The position numbers and the translations under genes are program-made. A DNA stretch of 63,849 nucleotides, counting the filler, from Octopus bimaculoides (Eukaryota): NCBI RefSeq assembly GCF_001194135.2. It is 7 parts of 6 records of this genome, joined end to end, with 100 filler letters (N's around TTAATTAATTAA, not from the genome) between each part and the next. Parts side by side here need not be neighbours in the genome. Positions count along the whole stretch, not along the records: positions 24,137 to 34,461 come from NC_068982.1; positions 34,562 to 53,818 come from NC_068982.1; 5 more parts are not named here. The stretch is one strand, 5' to 3'. Positions 25,443-37,790 of the stretch are shown piece after piece (position 1 is the stretch's first letter; each line of letters begins with the position of its first letter). The notes beneath the pieces are model-generated. The model worked only from the letters and a program-made list of their open reading frames with translations, was not told the origin of the DNA and made no database searches.

Positions 25443-25850
25443 GGCGCAGGAGTGGCTGAGTGGTAAGTAGCTTGCTTACCAACCACATGGTTCTGGGTTC
25501 AGTCCCACTGCGTGACACCTTGGGCAAGTGTCTTCTACTATAGCCTTGGGCCGACCAAAGCCTTGTGAGTGGATTTGGTAGACGGAAACTGAAAGAAGCC
25601 CGTCGTATATATGTATATGTATATATATATATATGTGTGTGTTTGTGTTTCTGTGTTTGTCCCCCCAACATCGCTTGACAACCGATGCTGGTGTGTTTAC
25701 ATCTTCGTAACTTAGTGGTTCGGCAAAAGAGACCGATAGAATAAGTACTAGACTTACAAGGAATAAATCCTGGGTTCGGTCGATTTGCTCGACTAAAGGC
25801 GGCGCTCCAGCATGGCCACAGTCAAATGACTGAAAAAAGTAAAGGAGTAA
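25443..25850 (+). mobile_element. SINE family A, full-length (tRNA head, CORE-like segment, internal TA/TG tract)
   Basis: A-box TGGCTGAGTGG, B-box GGTTCAGTCCC, CCTTGGGCAAGTG segment, A-rich tail. More than ten related fragments occur in the window. Confidence 0.92.
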
Positions 25851-26434
25851 ACCCACACCAGCACTACCAACATCACAACTATCATCAATAACACAAATAT
25901 TAACATCAACAACACTGTTAAAAGCCAAGAAACAAAAGAACCTCCAAAATAACAGCCAAATCTATTTCAAAACGAACCCCATCGTCTTCGAAAAAGATAG
26001 GCTGCGTAATGAAGATCTAGGTTCTTTATACATGGAGCAAATGGTGATGTCATGAAGGGAGTGTCTTCGAGTATATATGTTCCTAAAGTGTTTGAAACAC
26101 GACTAAAACAGCATCACCAAAAACAGCACGGTAATCCATCGAGGAAAATGATTCAACGTGCCGGTCGACCTATTCGAAACGGCTACCAAATGGTCCAAGA
26201 AATATTACATCTTTAAACCAAAATGTAATCACATTGAATACTGTAGTGTTAGATATACTATGCCGGATTAAGTAGTCGGTGTTAGTCGCGTCTGGAGTGC
26301 TTTTAATCATAAAACATTTTGTTCCAGCGTTATCCGAGGCTGTAAAAGAAAAGCTATAGCAACAAGAGCTGTTAGGACAGAACCAGCAACATAGGTACAT
26401 AACACACTCAGTACTTCCCACATAACCACCACAA

Positions 26435-26435
26435 C

Positions 26436-26472
<37 letters not shown>

Positions 26473-26520
26473 GTCATCGTCGTCGCCGTCGTCGTCGTCG
26501 TCGTCGTTGTCATCATTGTC
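26435..26520. repeat. (CAT)n/(CGT)n compound triplet repeat
   Basis: Direct reading. Confidence 0.95.
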
Positions 26521-26524
26521 GTGT

Positions 26525-27112
26525 GTGCAAAAACAGACATAAGTGGATGAAGAAAGAACAAGGCTGGAAAGAAGTTGCGGAGTAGGCAGACGTACCAGAG
26601 AACTGGTATAAGCATGTACCAAGTAAAGTTATGCATGAGGATGGAAAAGTAATGTTACTCTGCGAGGATGATTCTCGGACGGATCGTGTAATCGAACAAC
26701 GTCGGCCGGATATTGTCATATTGAATAAGAGAGACGAATACTGTCAGATCATTGATGTAGCCATACCAAATGACATGAATGTTGTGAGTAAAGAGGTTGA
26801 AAAAATCACGAATTACTCCGAACTGAAAGTGGAAATCGCAAGACTGTATGGAACGCGAGAAGGTAATGTAAAAGTGATATCAGTGATGATCGGAGCGCTG
26901 GGATCGATCCCATTGAAACTTAAAGACTTCTTTAAGACAACAGGAAATCCCATGCAAGATTGATGTCTTGCAAAAAGCGGCTTTATTGGGCACAGCGCAC
27001 ATCTTAAAGAAAGTATTATCTGTCTGGGGTCCTTGTTGTGACTTGACAGATGACTAAAGACTCCGGTGCATTTTTACACACATTGTGTTACAAAGGAATA
27101 ATAATAGGAATG
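26525..27112 (+). mobile_element. R4/Dong-like retrotransposon 3' fragment
   Basis: NWYKHVPSKV...TDRVIEQRRPDIVIL...CQIIDVAIPND...KITNYSELKVEI...MIGALGSIP, then QKAALLGTAHILKKVL in another frame. Ends in GGAATAATAATAG. Confidence 0.88.
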
Positions 27113-27119
27113 AGCAAGT

Positions 27120-28640
27120 GTCCCCGCTGTGTCGCAAAGAATTCGGCTTTGATATAAGTATGGGATTCGGACTTGATTAATGTGCAAAGGCTACTTTCAA
27201 GGCAGGGAAGGTCATAAAGGCACAAAACATAGAACGTGCTACTACCACAGCTATACGAAACCTAGACCAAGCCGAAGTATACAAATATCTGGGGACCAAT
27301 GAAGGTGATGGTATCCAGCACTCTAAAATGAAAGAGGAAAATTCACAAGGAATGCTATCGAAGGGTAAGAATGGTCCAAAATTCACAATTAGATGCTGTT
27401 AACAAAATTAATACGATTGATTCTTTGACCATACTAGTAACCACATATAGCTTCGGTATCAATAAGTGGAGTCTCACTGACATGCAGAATATGGATGGAA
27501 GGATCTGTAAAGTCTTTACAAGGTAGCAAATGCAAAGTCCAAAATCAGATGTAGACAGGATTTATCTCCCAAGAAAAATGGGTGGAAGAGGCCTGATACA
27601 GCTCGAACAATCCTTCAAATCAGCAATAATAGGCCTTGAAACGTATCTTATACAACAGATGGTGTGCTCTTACGAAATGCACTGAAGTATGAAGATTCCA
27701 AGCAAGCTTCAGTCGTGAAGCGTAGTAAGAAATTTAAAAGTCTCTTGGCCTACAAGTTAACAAGAGGAACGATCAAAGACACCCAAATACCTCTCCTGAT
27801 ATAGAAATTAACAATCAGAAGGAACAACGTGATCCAAATTGTGACAAATCTATCACTGATGTAAAAAAAAACCCATCAAACAAACAGCAAAGAAGGCTTG
27901 CATGAATAATATCGAAGACAACTGGAAAGCCAAACTCCTGTTTGGAAAATACCCTGAGAGCCTGTCCAAGCCAGATATTGATCAAAATCTAACACACCAA
28001 TCGCTACAAGGGACAGGTCTGAAAGGGGAAACAAGGTTTTGTTAATGCAGCGAAAGAGCAGATCTTACCTACTAGAAACTACCATGCAAACGTCCTTAAA
28101 TATGGATCTCACACTACATGCATAATTTGCGGAAAATTCACAGAGGTAATTGATCACTTTGTTTCTGGATGTCAAGTTCTCGCTGAAAAGGAGTACTTCA
28201 TAAGACATGACAGACTAGTGAAGTACATCTACTGGAATCCTTGTAAATACTACAAAATTAAATCCCATGATTAATGGTACTGGCACCATCCAGAGGATGT
28301 AGTAAATGGTGAGGTCGTCACTATCCTTTGGAACTCTCCAATAGAAACAGATAGAAAATTGAGTCCAGTCGACCAGACATTGTGATCAAGGTCTACAACA
28401 GAGGAACTTGTCTGTTAATAGAAATGTCTGTTCCACAAGCTCAAAATGTCTCAAGAAAAGAATACGAAGAGCTTTCTCAATATAAAGATCGGTAAATCGA
28501 AAACACAAATATGTGGAAGCTTAGTCCTACGATAATACCAGTAATAATTGGTGCGTTGGAAATCATAAAGAAGGGAGCTGAGAAGTATATTAAGCAATTC
28601 CCTGGTAACTCCAATCTCCGTGAACAACAAAAGATAACGG
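27120..28640 (+). mobile_element. R4/Dong-like retrotransposon, RT C-terminus + zinc knuckle + REL, degenerate
   Basis: FGLD*CAK, YKYLGTNEGD, VDRIYLPRKMGGRGL, C..CGKFTEVIDHFVSGC..LAEKEY.IRHD, RPDIVIK, CLLIEMSVP, PVIIGAL. Many frameshifts. Confidence 0.88.
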
Positions 28641-28644
28641 AATT

Positions 28645-28770
28645 CTACCCCAGTATGTAATTTATCAACCTCGAGAGGATGACAGCAAAGTCGACCTGAA
28701 CTCAGAACGTAGCGGCAGATGAAATACCGCTCAGAATTTCGCCCGGCGTGCTAACGATTCAGTCAGATCG
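28645..28770 (-). mobile_element. SINE family B fragment
   Basis: Reverse complement head and core; it truncates the R4-like ORF. Confidence 0.8.
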
Positions 28771-28777
28771 CTGCTTT

Positions 28778-28807
28778 AATAATAATAATAATGATGATGA
28801 TGATAAC

Positions 28808-28856
<49 letters not shown>

Positions 28857-28898
28857 CTGATGATGATGATGATGCTGATGATGATGATGATGATGATG

Positions 28899-28938
<40 letters not shown>

Positions 28939-28950
28939 TAATAATAATAA
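28778..28950. repeat. (AAT)n/(GAT)n compound microsatellite
   Basis: Direct reading. Confidence 0.96.
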
Positions 28951-30012
28951 AGTCGCAGGAGCTGGAATTTTAGGTAAGTGTCAGTTAATTGAAATGGTCA
29001 GTGTACTTCAATGGCACTTTTTCGATCGGCTCCGGAGAAATGGAAGGGATTAATGAAAAACGGTGCGATTTCAATTATCAGATAAATCTGAACAGTAGAC
29101 AAAATAATGTATCTTAATAGACGCTCTATCAATGCTGCAAACCTAGCGTACGTTTACAAGATAACTGGTTCTAATACGAGCACAGACTGTTTTATTAGCA
29201 CCATTGTAGACGTAATCAGTTTTCTCGTAATATGTAGTACGAAAGAAAGAAAAAAAAAAAAAGCTGCCATCATCACAGTCGTTCATATCCATCTCAGTCA
29301 CCGACAGTTCAAAGCAGAAACCCGCCTTATAACAACAACGAAACGACTCTATCACGCTAATGTTCTTTATTATCACCACTGCTACCAGCGCCAGCAGTGC
29401 ACGAATGCGACCACTTTATTTCCATCGTCTCCGGAAAACACGACAGTAAACATGACCACCAACACCACCACAACTAACAGCAACACCCACATCATTAGAA
29501 CCAGCAACTCCTAGAACACCGGACTCAATCGTAGCTATCAACATCACAACCAGCATCATCGTCATCAGGAACAAAGGTGTCTTCAAAGACATAATAAATG
29601 CCACCTCCACTACCACAAGCACCGTTGACATCATCGCCATCATGAATACTGTCAACATCATGATCAGGATCATGATCATGGTCGTAATGATTGTCCTGCT
29701 TGTCATCATGATCATCTTCGTCATCGTCATCACCAACATCAACACCAACAACAATGAGCTATCTCATGAAAGCCTTTATTTACTGTACATAGTGTGTTAC
29801 TGCATTAAAATTAGGCCATATCAAAAACACACACAACATATAGAAAATAATCGCCACAAATTCGCGCGGTACTCAGACACACACACAGACATACATATAT
29901 GCATGTAGGAGGTAATATGTATATACATGTGTGCATATATATGTATATGTCTGTGTATACATATATATATATATGTATGTATCTATATGAGTGTATATAT
30001 ATGTATGTATGC

Positions 30013-30064
<52 letters not shown>

Positions 30065-30508
30065 NNNNNNNNNNNNNNNNNNNNNNNNNNNNNNNNNNNN
30101 NNNNNNNNNNNNNNNNNNNNNNNNNNNNNNNNNNNNNNNNNNNNNNNNNNNNNNNNNNNNNNNNNNNNNNNNNNNNNNNNNNNNNNNNNTATATATATTG
30201 TTGAATTTCAGGACGGTCATTTTTTTGCCAAATAAGCAAACAGCCTATATATTCGTTTTTCACTCGTTCAGTACTGTTCTTATTCTAACTTATAAACAGA
30301 CACTCGCACTTACACACACATACACACACATATTTATACGTATGTATGTGAGTGTGTTGTGTGTGTGTGTGCGTGTGTATGTTAATGTATATGTGCATGT
30401 ATAACAAAGATAGTATTGGTATTGGCACTAACTTCTAAGTTTCGACCAGCTAAGTTGTCAGCTGTATGTTTATCTTGGCTTTATATATTCTTTTTTAAGA
30501 CATTATAT

Positions 30509-30564
<56 letters not shown>

Positions 30565-30776
30565 CGTCTCTGTGTGTGTGTTTACAGTGGTATACAGATA
30601 TCGTATAGTGAGAAAAAGGAGGCATTCAGAATTTTGTATAATTCATGCTTCGTTTTAATTTTTGTCATAAAGCGTTCGGTTAACGAAAGAAAGCGCTAAT
30701 ATAGAATTATCTAAAATTCAGGCTGCATCCTCTCTTTCACTCTCTCTCTCTCTGTCTCTTTCTCTCTCTCTCACTT

Positions 30777-30816
<40 letters not shown>

Positions 30817-32096
30817 CACATTTTTACAAATTTCACTACCAGTGGCCTAGCATGTATAAAAAGTCAATATAAAATAGTGTACATNNNNNNNNNNNNNNNN
30901 NNNNNNNNNNNNNNNNNNNNNNNNNNNNNNNNNNNNNNNNNNNNNNNNNNNNNNNNNNNNNNNNNNNNNNNNNNNNNNNNNNNNNNNNNNNNNNNNNNNN
31001 NNNNNNNNNNNNNNNNNNNNNNNNNNNNNNNNNNNNNNNNNNNNNNNNNNNNNNNNNNNNNNNNNNNNNNNNNNNNNNNNNNNNNNNNNNNNNNNNNNNN
31101 NNNNNNNNNNNNNNNNNNNNNNNNNNNNNNNNNNNNNNNNNNNNNNNNNNNNNNNNNNNNNNNNNNNNNNNNNNNNNNNNNNNNNNNNNNNNNNNNNNNN
31201 NNNNNNNNNNNNNNNNNNNNNNNNNNNNNNNNNNNNNNNNNNNNNNNNNNNNNNNNNNNNNNNNNNNNNNNNNNNNNNNNNNNNNNNNNNNNNNNNNNNN
31301 NNNNNNNNNNNNNNNNNNNNNNNNNNNNNNNNNNNNNNNNNNNNNNNNNNNNNNNNNNNNNNNNNNNNNNNNNNNNNNNNNNNNNNNNNNNNNNNNNNNN
31401 NNNNNNNNNNNNNNNNNNNNNNNNNNNNNNNNNNNNNNNNNNNNNNNNNNNNNNNNNNNNNNNNNNNNNNNNNNNNNNNNNNNNNNNNNNNNNNNNNNNN
31501 NNNNNNNNNNNNNNNNNNNNNNNNNNNNNNNNNNNNNNNNNNNNNNNNNNNNNNNNNNNNNNNNNNNNNNNNNNNNNNNNNNNNNNNNNNNNNNNNNNNN
31601 NNNNNNNNNNNNNNNNNNNNNNNNNNNNNNNNNNNNNNNNNNNNNNNNNNNNNNNNNNNNNNNNNNNNNNNNNNNNNNNNNNNNNNNNNNNNNNNNNNNN
31701 NNNNNNNNNNNNNNNNNNNNNNNNNNNNNNNNNNNNNNNNNNNNNNNNNNNTATATATATATATATATATCCTCTCAAAAATGAGTATCGGATAAAGTGA
31801 AACTATTTCAATCGTTATGTGAAGCTGTATGAAGTACCTCTCTCTTTAGGGTTTCTCTACACTTTTCCTGCAGCAGGCCACTATTACACAATAATCGCAC
31901 TTAAAAAACTACAGGCGAAAAGTGATTCACAACAACACCCACAACATTGACAATGATAACAACAATAACATCAATCGAAACTGCAGCATTAGATCCATCA
32001 ACCTCTATAAAATTATATCTGAAAAAATATAACTGGATGAAGCAAAGAAATTATATAAACAAAAACAGCAATAAATAGAACATTAGTAAAAACGAA

Positions 32097-32150
<54 letters not shown>

Positions 32151-32551
32151 TTACATACACACACACATATATGTATGTATGCATGTATATATACATATCT
32201 GTATGAATGTGTGTATTAAAAAAGCAGATACGAAAACAAATATGATGAAAATAATAAAAGCAAAGGCAAGAAGCATCAATACTGACAATAACAACCATCA
32301 AGAAGAACATTATGAACAGCAACAATAACTATATCAACCACACCAACAAAAACAAATAAAATATTGAACAAAGGCATCAGGCGTACTGCAATTGATTATT
32401 TTCTCTCCCTTCACAATAGTATTACACACAGTCGTAGGCATCCTTATATATGTAAGAAGGGCGGGTGCTTGCGCGTGTATGTGTACGTATATGCGTGTAT
32501 TTATAATGCTTGTGTGTTTCTATGTCTGTGAATTATTGAATTATGCATGTG

Positions 32552-32618
<67 letters not shown>

Positions 32619-33479
32619 ATTTATGTATGCATATATACATACATATGTATATGTATATACACGCATTCAGATTCATATTATTTTGGGTAAAAGGCGAGAT
32701 AATTATTTGCATAATATTTATGATTCTCTTCTCCCACTTTTCTTTTGTTTGTTGCATTTTTTTTTTCAATTTTTCCACTTTGTTTTTTCTTTTCGTCTCT
32801 TGCTTTGATGTCATCCAGTTGGTCGATGACGAAAGCAAAAACGAAAACGGAACGATTGAGGTATTACATGAATGGAAATGTGGTAAAGGACGTGTGCAAA
32901 TCCACCCAAATATGTGAAGACACTTACCCACCCTATTTTAGAACATTAGCTGACATTGTAGAAAATGAGGAAATGTAATTATCAGTGCATGCAACATTAA
33001 TGTTCTAGGACAGAAAGCTAGAATGAATAATGCATGTGCTGATAAACACCTTAGCGTAGAAATTCGCTTGTTACAACAGATAAAGAAATGAAGAAAGAAA
33101 ATTAATAATGTCCTGTGTTATAGAAACAACGTTCGATGCGGGACAAACATGTCCGAGACATTTGAACCCTATTAGCATCGATTTTTACACCCCTACCCCC
33201 CTTCACAACAAATGCTTATTAAAAGCTTTTGTAATTTACATATTTCTCTGCCGACATAGTAATAGCCATTACAATATGATATATATGTTTGATTGAACAC
33301 TATATACATACATATGCGTTCAAATATGTATGTTTCACGCGCGCGCGGGCTCTCCCTCTCTCGCTGACTCTCTGTCTCTCTCTCTCTATTTCTCTGTGCG
33401 TATAGCTGTGCATATATGTATATACATATGCATGAGTATGTGGCATAGTTATATGTGTGTACGTGTATATTGATACTAC

Positions 33480-33514
<35 letters not shown>

Positions 33515-33789
33515 TATCTTTTAGCTGTTTCACCCATTGGACTGTGGCACCGCCTCCAAGAAGCTTATTCAAATGAACCGACCCCAATATTTATATTTTT
33601 TTTATACCTAGAGCTTATTCTATCAATCTTTAGCTAAATTCAGGACTTTAAAACACCAATACTGGTTCTCAATCGAAAAGACGCAGACACGAATACACAC
33701 ACACGCACTCGCGCGGACACACACATGCAAATATGTGCACATATAAGTACACATATACACGTGCACACACACACATACACACACACAGT

Positions 33790-33930
33790 GGGTGTCTTTC
33801 GGTTTCTATTCAGCAAATAAATTCACGTCTTTTGTCGGTACGAGGCTATTGTTGAAGACACTTGCACAAAGTGGGAATGAACCCGGAACCTTGTGATTGT
33901 GAAGCAAACATCTTACAACACAGTCACGAC
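33790..33930 (-). mobile_element. SINE family A, diverged head
   Basis: GAAGACACTTGC...GAACCCGGAACC...AAGCAAACATCTTAC, the reverse of the family A head. Confidence 0.7.
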
Positions 33931-34179
33931 TGTATGGTAAGAAGTATATCTATATATGTATATGTGTGTATGTATTTATGCATATATTTTCTTTAATTTA
34001 TTTGGAGTAAATTAGAGGTACTTTATGTCACGTACCTTAAAACTATGACAGACAAAGTCAACCCGATAGAATATATATGACTGTACCAAAAGGACAGCGT
34101 TAATTTTCTTCTATGTTATCGATACTGACTTCTGATTAGGCACAAACCCAGGTATTTTGAGCAATTGTATTCACAGCAT

Positions 34180-34325
34180 TTTTAGCCAATGGTACTTTAT
34201 CCTGTCGACCCCAAAAGGTTTCGTAGCAAAGTTGACCTCGGTGAAAATAGAGCAGAAGTCGTAAAAAGCTGAAAGTAATACAACAAAGACATTTTTAGCG
34301 CTTCTAATGATATCGTCAGATGCTA
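34180..34325 (-). mobile_element. SINE family B, diverged
   Basis: GGTACTTTAT..GTCGACCCC.AAAGG...CAAAGTTGACCTCGG. Confidence 0.65.
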
Positions 34326-34561
34326 CTACTGCTGCTGCTGCTGCTGCCGCTGTAACTCCCTGTCCTCCTCCACCTCCACCACATCCTCCCACTGCGTTCC
34401 CCTCACCTTGGGCAAGTGTCTCTACTATAGCCTCGGGCCGATTAAAGCTTTGTTAGTGGATNNNNNNNNNNNNNNNNNNNNNNNNNNNNNNNNNNNNNNN
34501 NNNNNTTAATTAATTAANNNNNNNNNNNNNNNNNNNNNNNNNNNNNNNNNNNNNNNNNNNN

Positions 34562-34613
<52 letters not shown>

Positions 34614-34669
34614 GTACTAAGACAAGCATACACATAAATATATATACATATGCATACGTAATTACGACA

Positions 34670-34825
34670 GGCTTCTTTCAGTTTCCGTCTTCCAAATCCA
34701 CTAACAAGGCTTTGATCGACTCGAGGTCATAGCAGAAGACACTTGCTCAAGGTGTCACGCAGTGGGACTGAACCCGGAACCATGTGGTTGGGAAGCAAGC
34801 TTCTCACAACACAGTTACACCAGCG
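34670..34825 (-). mobile_element. SINE family A, 5' half
   Basis: Reverse complement of the family A head. Confidence 0.88.
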
Positions 34826-35503
34826 CTTATATATTCACTTCTTTCTATTCCTTTTCCGATTCTGGATCCTAATGAATTGGTTTGGGAGAGGCATGAATAT
34901 CTCAGCTTCATGAAATCACCTCCGAAAAAATAAAAATAAAAATCGGACGGCTGGGAGCCTCCATGTGGTATATCGACTTGCTAGAAATAGCAGCGAAATA
35001 TTTCTCAAATCATACCTTACTGTCTTCTAAAAAACGTGGGTAGTTGGTAATATATTGGGTTGGTGCATAATTATTGCGGCTTTTTTTTAACAAATTTTAT
35101 TCAACAAAAAACAATAACAACATATAACAAAAGCATCTTTAAATGATTATTCCGGAGCATATTCACCATCTACTTCAATTACTGCTTCTCATTTGCTTGG
35201 CAGACGATCAGAACGTCATTTAAAGATGTTTTTTTCGTTAAATATTGTTATTGTTTTTGTTTTGTTGAATAAAATTTGTTGTAAAAAAGCTGCAATAATT
35301 ATCCACCAACCCAACAGTTTGATATAACGTGTTTGGAATAAAGGAAACAAAACAAAACAGGGTGGGCACGGCTGGAATACCTTTGGTCATAGGTTTGCAC
35401 GACCAGGACACCTGGTGCTAAACTCCATCGCAATCTCGGCCAAACGACAGCTGTTGACAAAAGTCAAGGCTGATCGGCCATTCATCATCCGGTTCAACCT
35501 GTC

Positions 35504-35559
35504 GTTGCTAAGCACGTGACTCGATAGTTTATTATGACAACGGTCGTGACAGGTAAACA
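35504..35559 (+). promoter_or_regulatory. Candidate proximal promoter: RFX half-site/X-box-like GTTGCTAAG (35504), overlapping E-box CACGTG (35513), forkhead GTAAACA (35553)
   Basis: Motifs are read directly in a non-repeat, CpG-containing island 36-91 bp upstream of the candidate start codon. RFX plus FOXJ1 control is established for motile-cilia genes. Confidence 0.55.
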
Positions 35560-35594
35560 CAGCGGAGAGACTGCCGTCTCCCTCGGCGTCATCA

Positions 35595-35623
35595 ATGGCC
35601 GGTGAAATGTTAGATTCAGACAG
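35595..35623 (+). CDS. VWA3A: Candidate first coding exon of the VWA3A-like gene (MAGEMLDSD-R)
   Basis: tcaATGG start and strong AG|GTGAGT donor. Its phase 2 end matches the exon at 41755. No homology support for these 10 residues. Confidence 0.5.
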
Positions 35624-35999
35624 GTGAGTAATTATTTCGTATATTTCATACCTGAACNNNNNNNNNNNNNNNNNNNNNNNNNNNNNNNNNNNNNNNNNNN
35701 NNNNNNNNNNNNNNNNNNNNNNNNNNNNNNNNNNNNNNNNNNNNNNNNNNNNNNNNNNNNNAATAGGGAGAGAAAATGTCGTTGCATTGATGAGAGGGAG
35801 CGGGGAGGGATGTGGGGAGCGAGGGAAGGGGACTGGGGGGGGAGAGGGAGTAATAGGAGAGAGAGACGTCGTGTAATGCGAGAGGAGACATGATAGAAGA
35901 GAGAGAGAGAGAGAGAGAGAGGAAGACGTTATAGAAATAGAAGAGAAACTTGTGGGAGTGAGCACTTCCTTAACTATAACACTACGTATACGTGTTCTA

Positions 36000-36031
<32 letters not shown>

Positions 36032-36460
36032 CATATATATTATGTAATATATATGCATACATGTGTGTCTGTATATATAAGGTAAACTTACTTGGAAATA
36101 TATCGATATATATATAATCCAAGAGAGTTAGGGTTGAGGATTCAACCCACTAAGGGATAGTACCTATCCAATATACTGCTGGGAAGATAGCCAATTATTG
36201 ATTGTTACACTAGTGTTATACCAAGTGCAATAAGTGGGTGCGAGTAAAAGGTTTTTTTTTTTTACCCTAAGTTTATATAGCAATAAGAAAATGGAGGGGA
36301 ATATGAGGTGCTCATCAACTTGCAGACACTGTATTCCGTTGATTAATCTGTTTATTCTATAACTAAATTGACAAAAAACACAATATACAGACACTTATGA
36401 CATACTATGTCATATCAACAATTAAGATTTCAAATTTAAAGGACATTTAGCAATTGGAGA

Positions 36461-36517
<57 letters not shown>

Positions 36518-36619
36518 GATATATATACATGTGTGTGTGTGTATATATATATGTATATACATATACATGTATATATCATCATCCTCATCATTGTTTAACG
36601 TCCATCTTCCATGCCTATA

Positions 36620-36677
<58 letters not shown>

Positions 36678-36812
36678 TGAATAGATAGATACATACATTC
36701 ATATAAATATATATATACATACACTTACATATTTATATGTACATATATATATATATATATAAGAACTCACATNNNNNNNNNNNNNNNNNNNNNNNNNNNN
36801 NNNNNNNNNNNN

Positions 36813-36861
<49 letters not shown>

Positions 36862-36879
36862 ACATATATCATGTAATAA

Positions 36880-37060
36880 CATGACTGACCATGTTATCAG
36901 ATGTTGTTACACATTCCTCCCTGATTGAAAAGGGGGACTGGAGCAATGTGAAATGAAGTATTTTACACAAGAACGCAACACGCCACCTGGTCAGGGAATT
37001 GAACTCTCAATCTAGCAATCATGAGTGCAACAACCTAACCACTGGACCATGCACCTTCAC
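36880..37060 (-). mobile_element. SINE family D-related copy
   Basis: Reverse tRNA-like head (GGAATTGAACTC, AACCACTGGACCATGCACCTTC) and GACTGGAGCAATGTGAAATGAAG body. Confidence 0.7.
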
Positions 37061-37288
37061 ATATATACATATATAGCCATATGCATCATATGTGCGTTTA
37101 AAAGTGTATGGGACATAAGTTACATAAACTACAAAATATAAATAGCTACACAACCACACCTGAAACGTACCTGTAATTACTCTTTATCTTGATTTGAATG
37201 AACACAAAGGTATTTAGAATGCCCCAACTTATTTCTGAAAATGTGCTAAGCACTGATGCTGGTCATAAATAAGCATGAGTGAGGTAAA

Positions 37289-37790
37289 TGCAGGAAAAAT
37301 AGTGTGGGTCAGTGGGACCCCATTTAAGAGGCCCTTCAGAAATTGAACCCCCTTATGATATTCCCTGGGCGTTCATGGCATGAAATTCATTGTCCTTGCT
37401 CTGATTTGGTTGCCAATACAATGTATTTAATTTAAAATACAGGAAAAATAGGGGGGGGGGATCAGTGGGACCCCATTTAAGTGGTCCTTCAGAAATTGAA
37501 CCTCCTTATGATACCCCCTGGGAGTTCATGGTATGAAATACATTGTCGTTTCCCTGATTTAGTCGCTAATGCAATGTATTTAGTTTCAAATGCAGTAAAA
37601 ATAGTGACGTCAGTGGGGCCCCAATTAGGCGGCCCTTAAAAAAGTAGACCCCCCCCTCTTAGGACATTCCCTGGGATTAGGGGGGTTGCGGTTTGAGTTT
37701 CATTGTCCTTGCACCAATGGTCTGGGAGGAGTTAATGAACATAAAGACATAACAGACAGAGAAACATCATTCAAATTTATAAAATGGGAT
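37289..37790. repeat. Three ~150-bp tandem units, probably internal to a non-autonomous Helitron/HINE-like element
   Basis: GAAAAATAG..GTCAGTGGGACCCCATTTAAG..CCTTCAGAAATTGAACC recurs at ~37292, ~37441 and ~37595, followed by GTCTGGGAGGAGTT..AACAGACAG. Confidence 0.7.

Noticed and set aside
25443-25515. tRNA-like A/B boxes
   Set aside because: These are heads of multi-copy SINEs. There is no complete cloverleaf, so no tRNA gene is called.
26148-26175. MIQRAGRP resembling helicase motif VI
   Set aside because: An isolated 8-residue match with no other helicase motifs or exon boundaries.
32927-32950. Minus-strand 22-nt exon candidate with GG|GTAAGT donor
   Set aside because: It has stop codons in all three frames, so it cannot be an internal coding exon.
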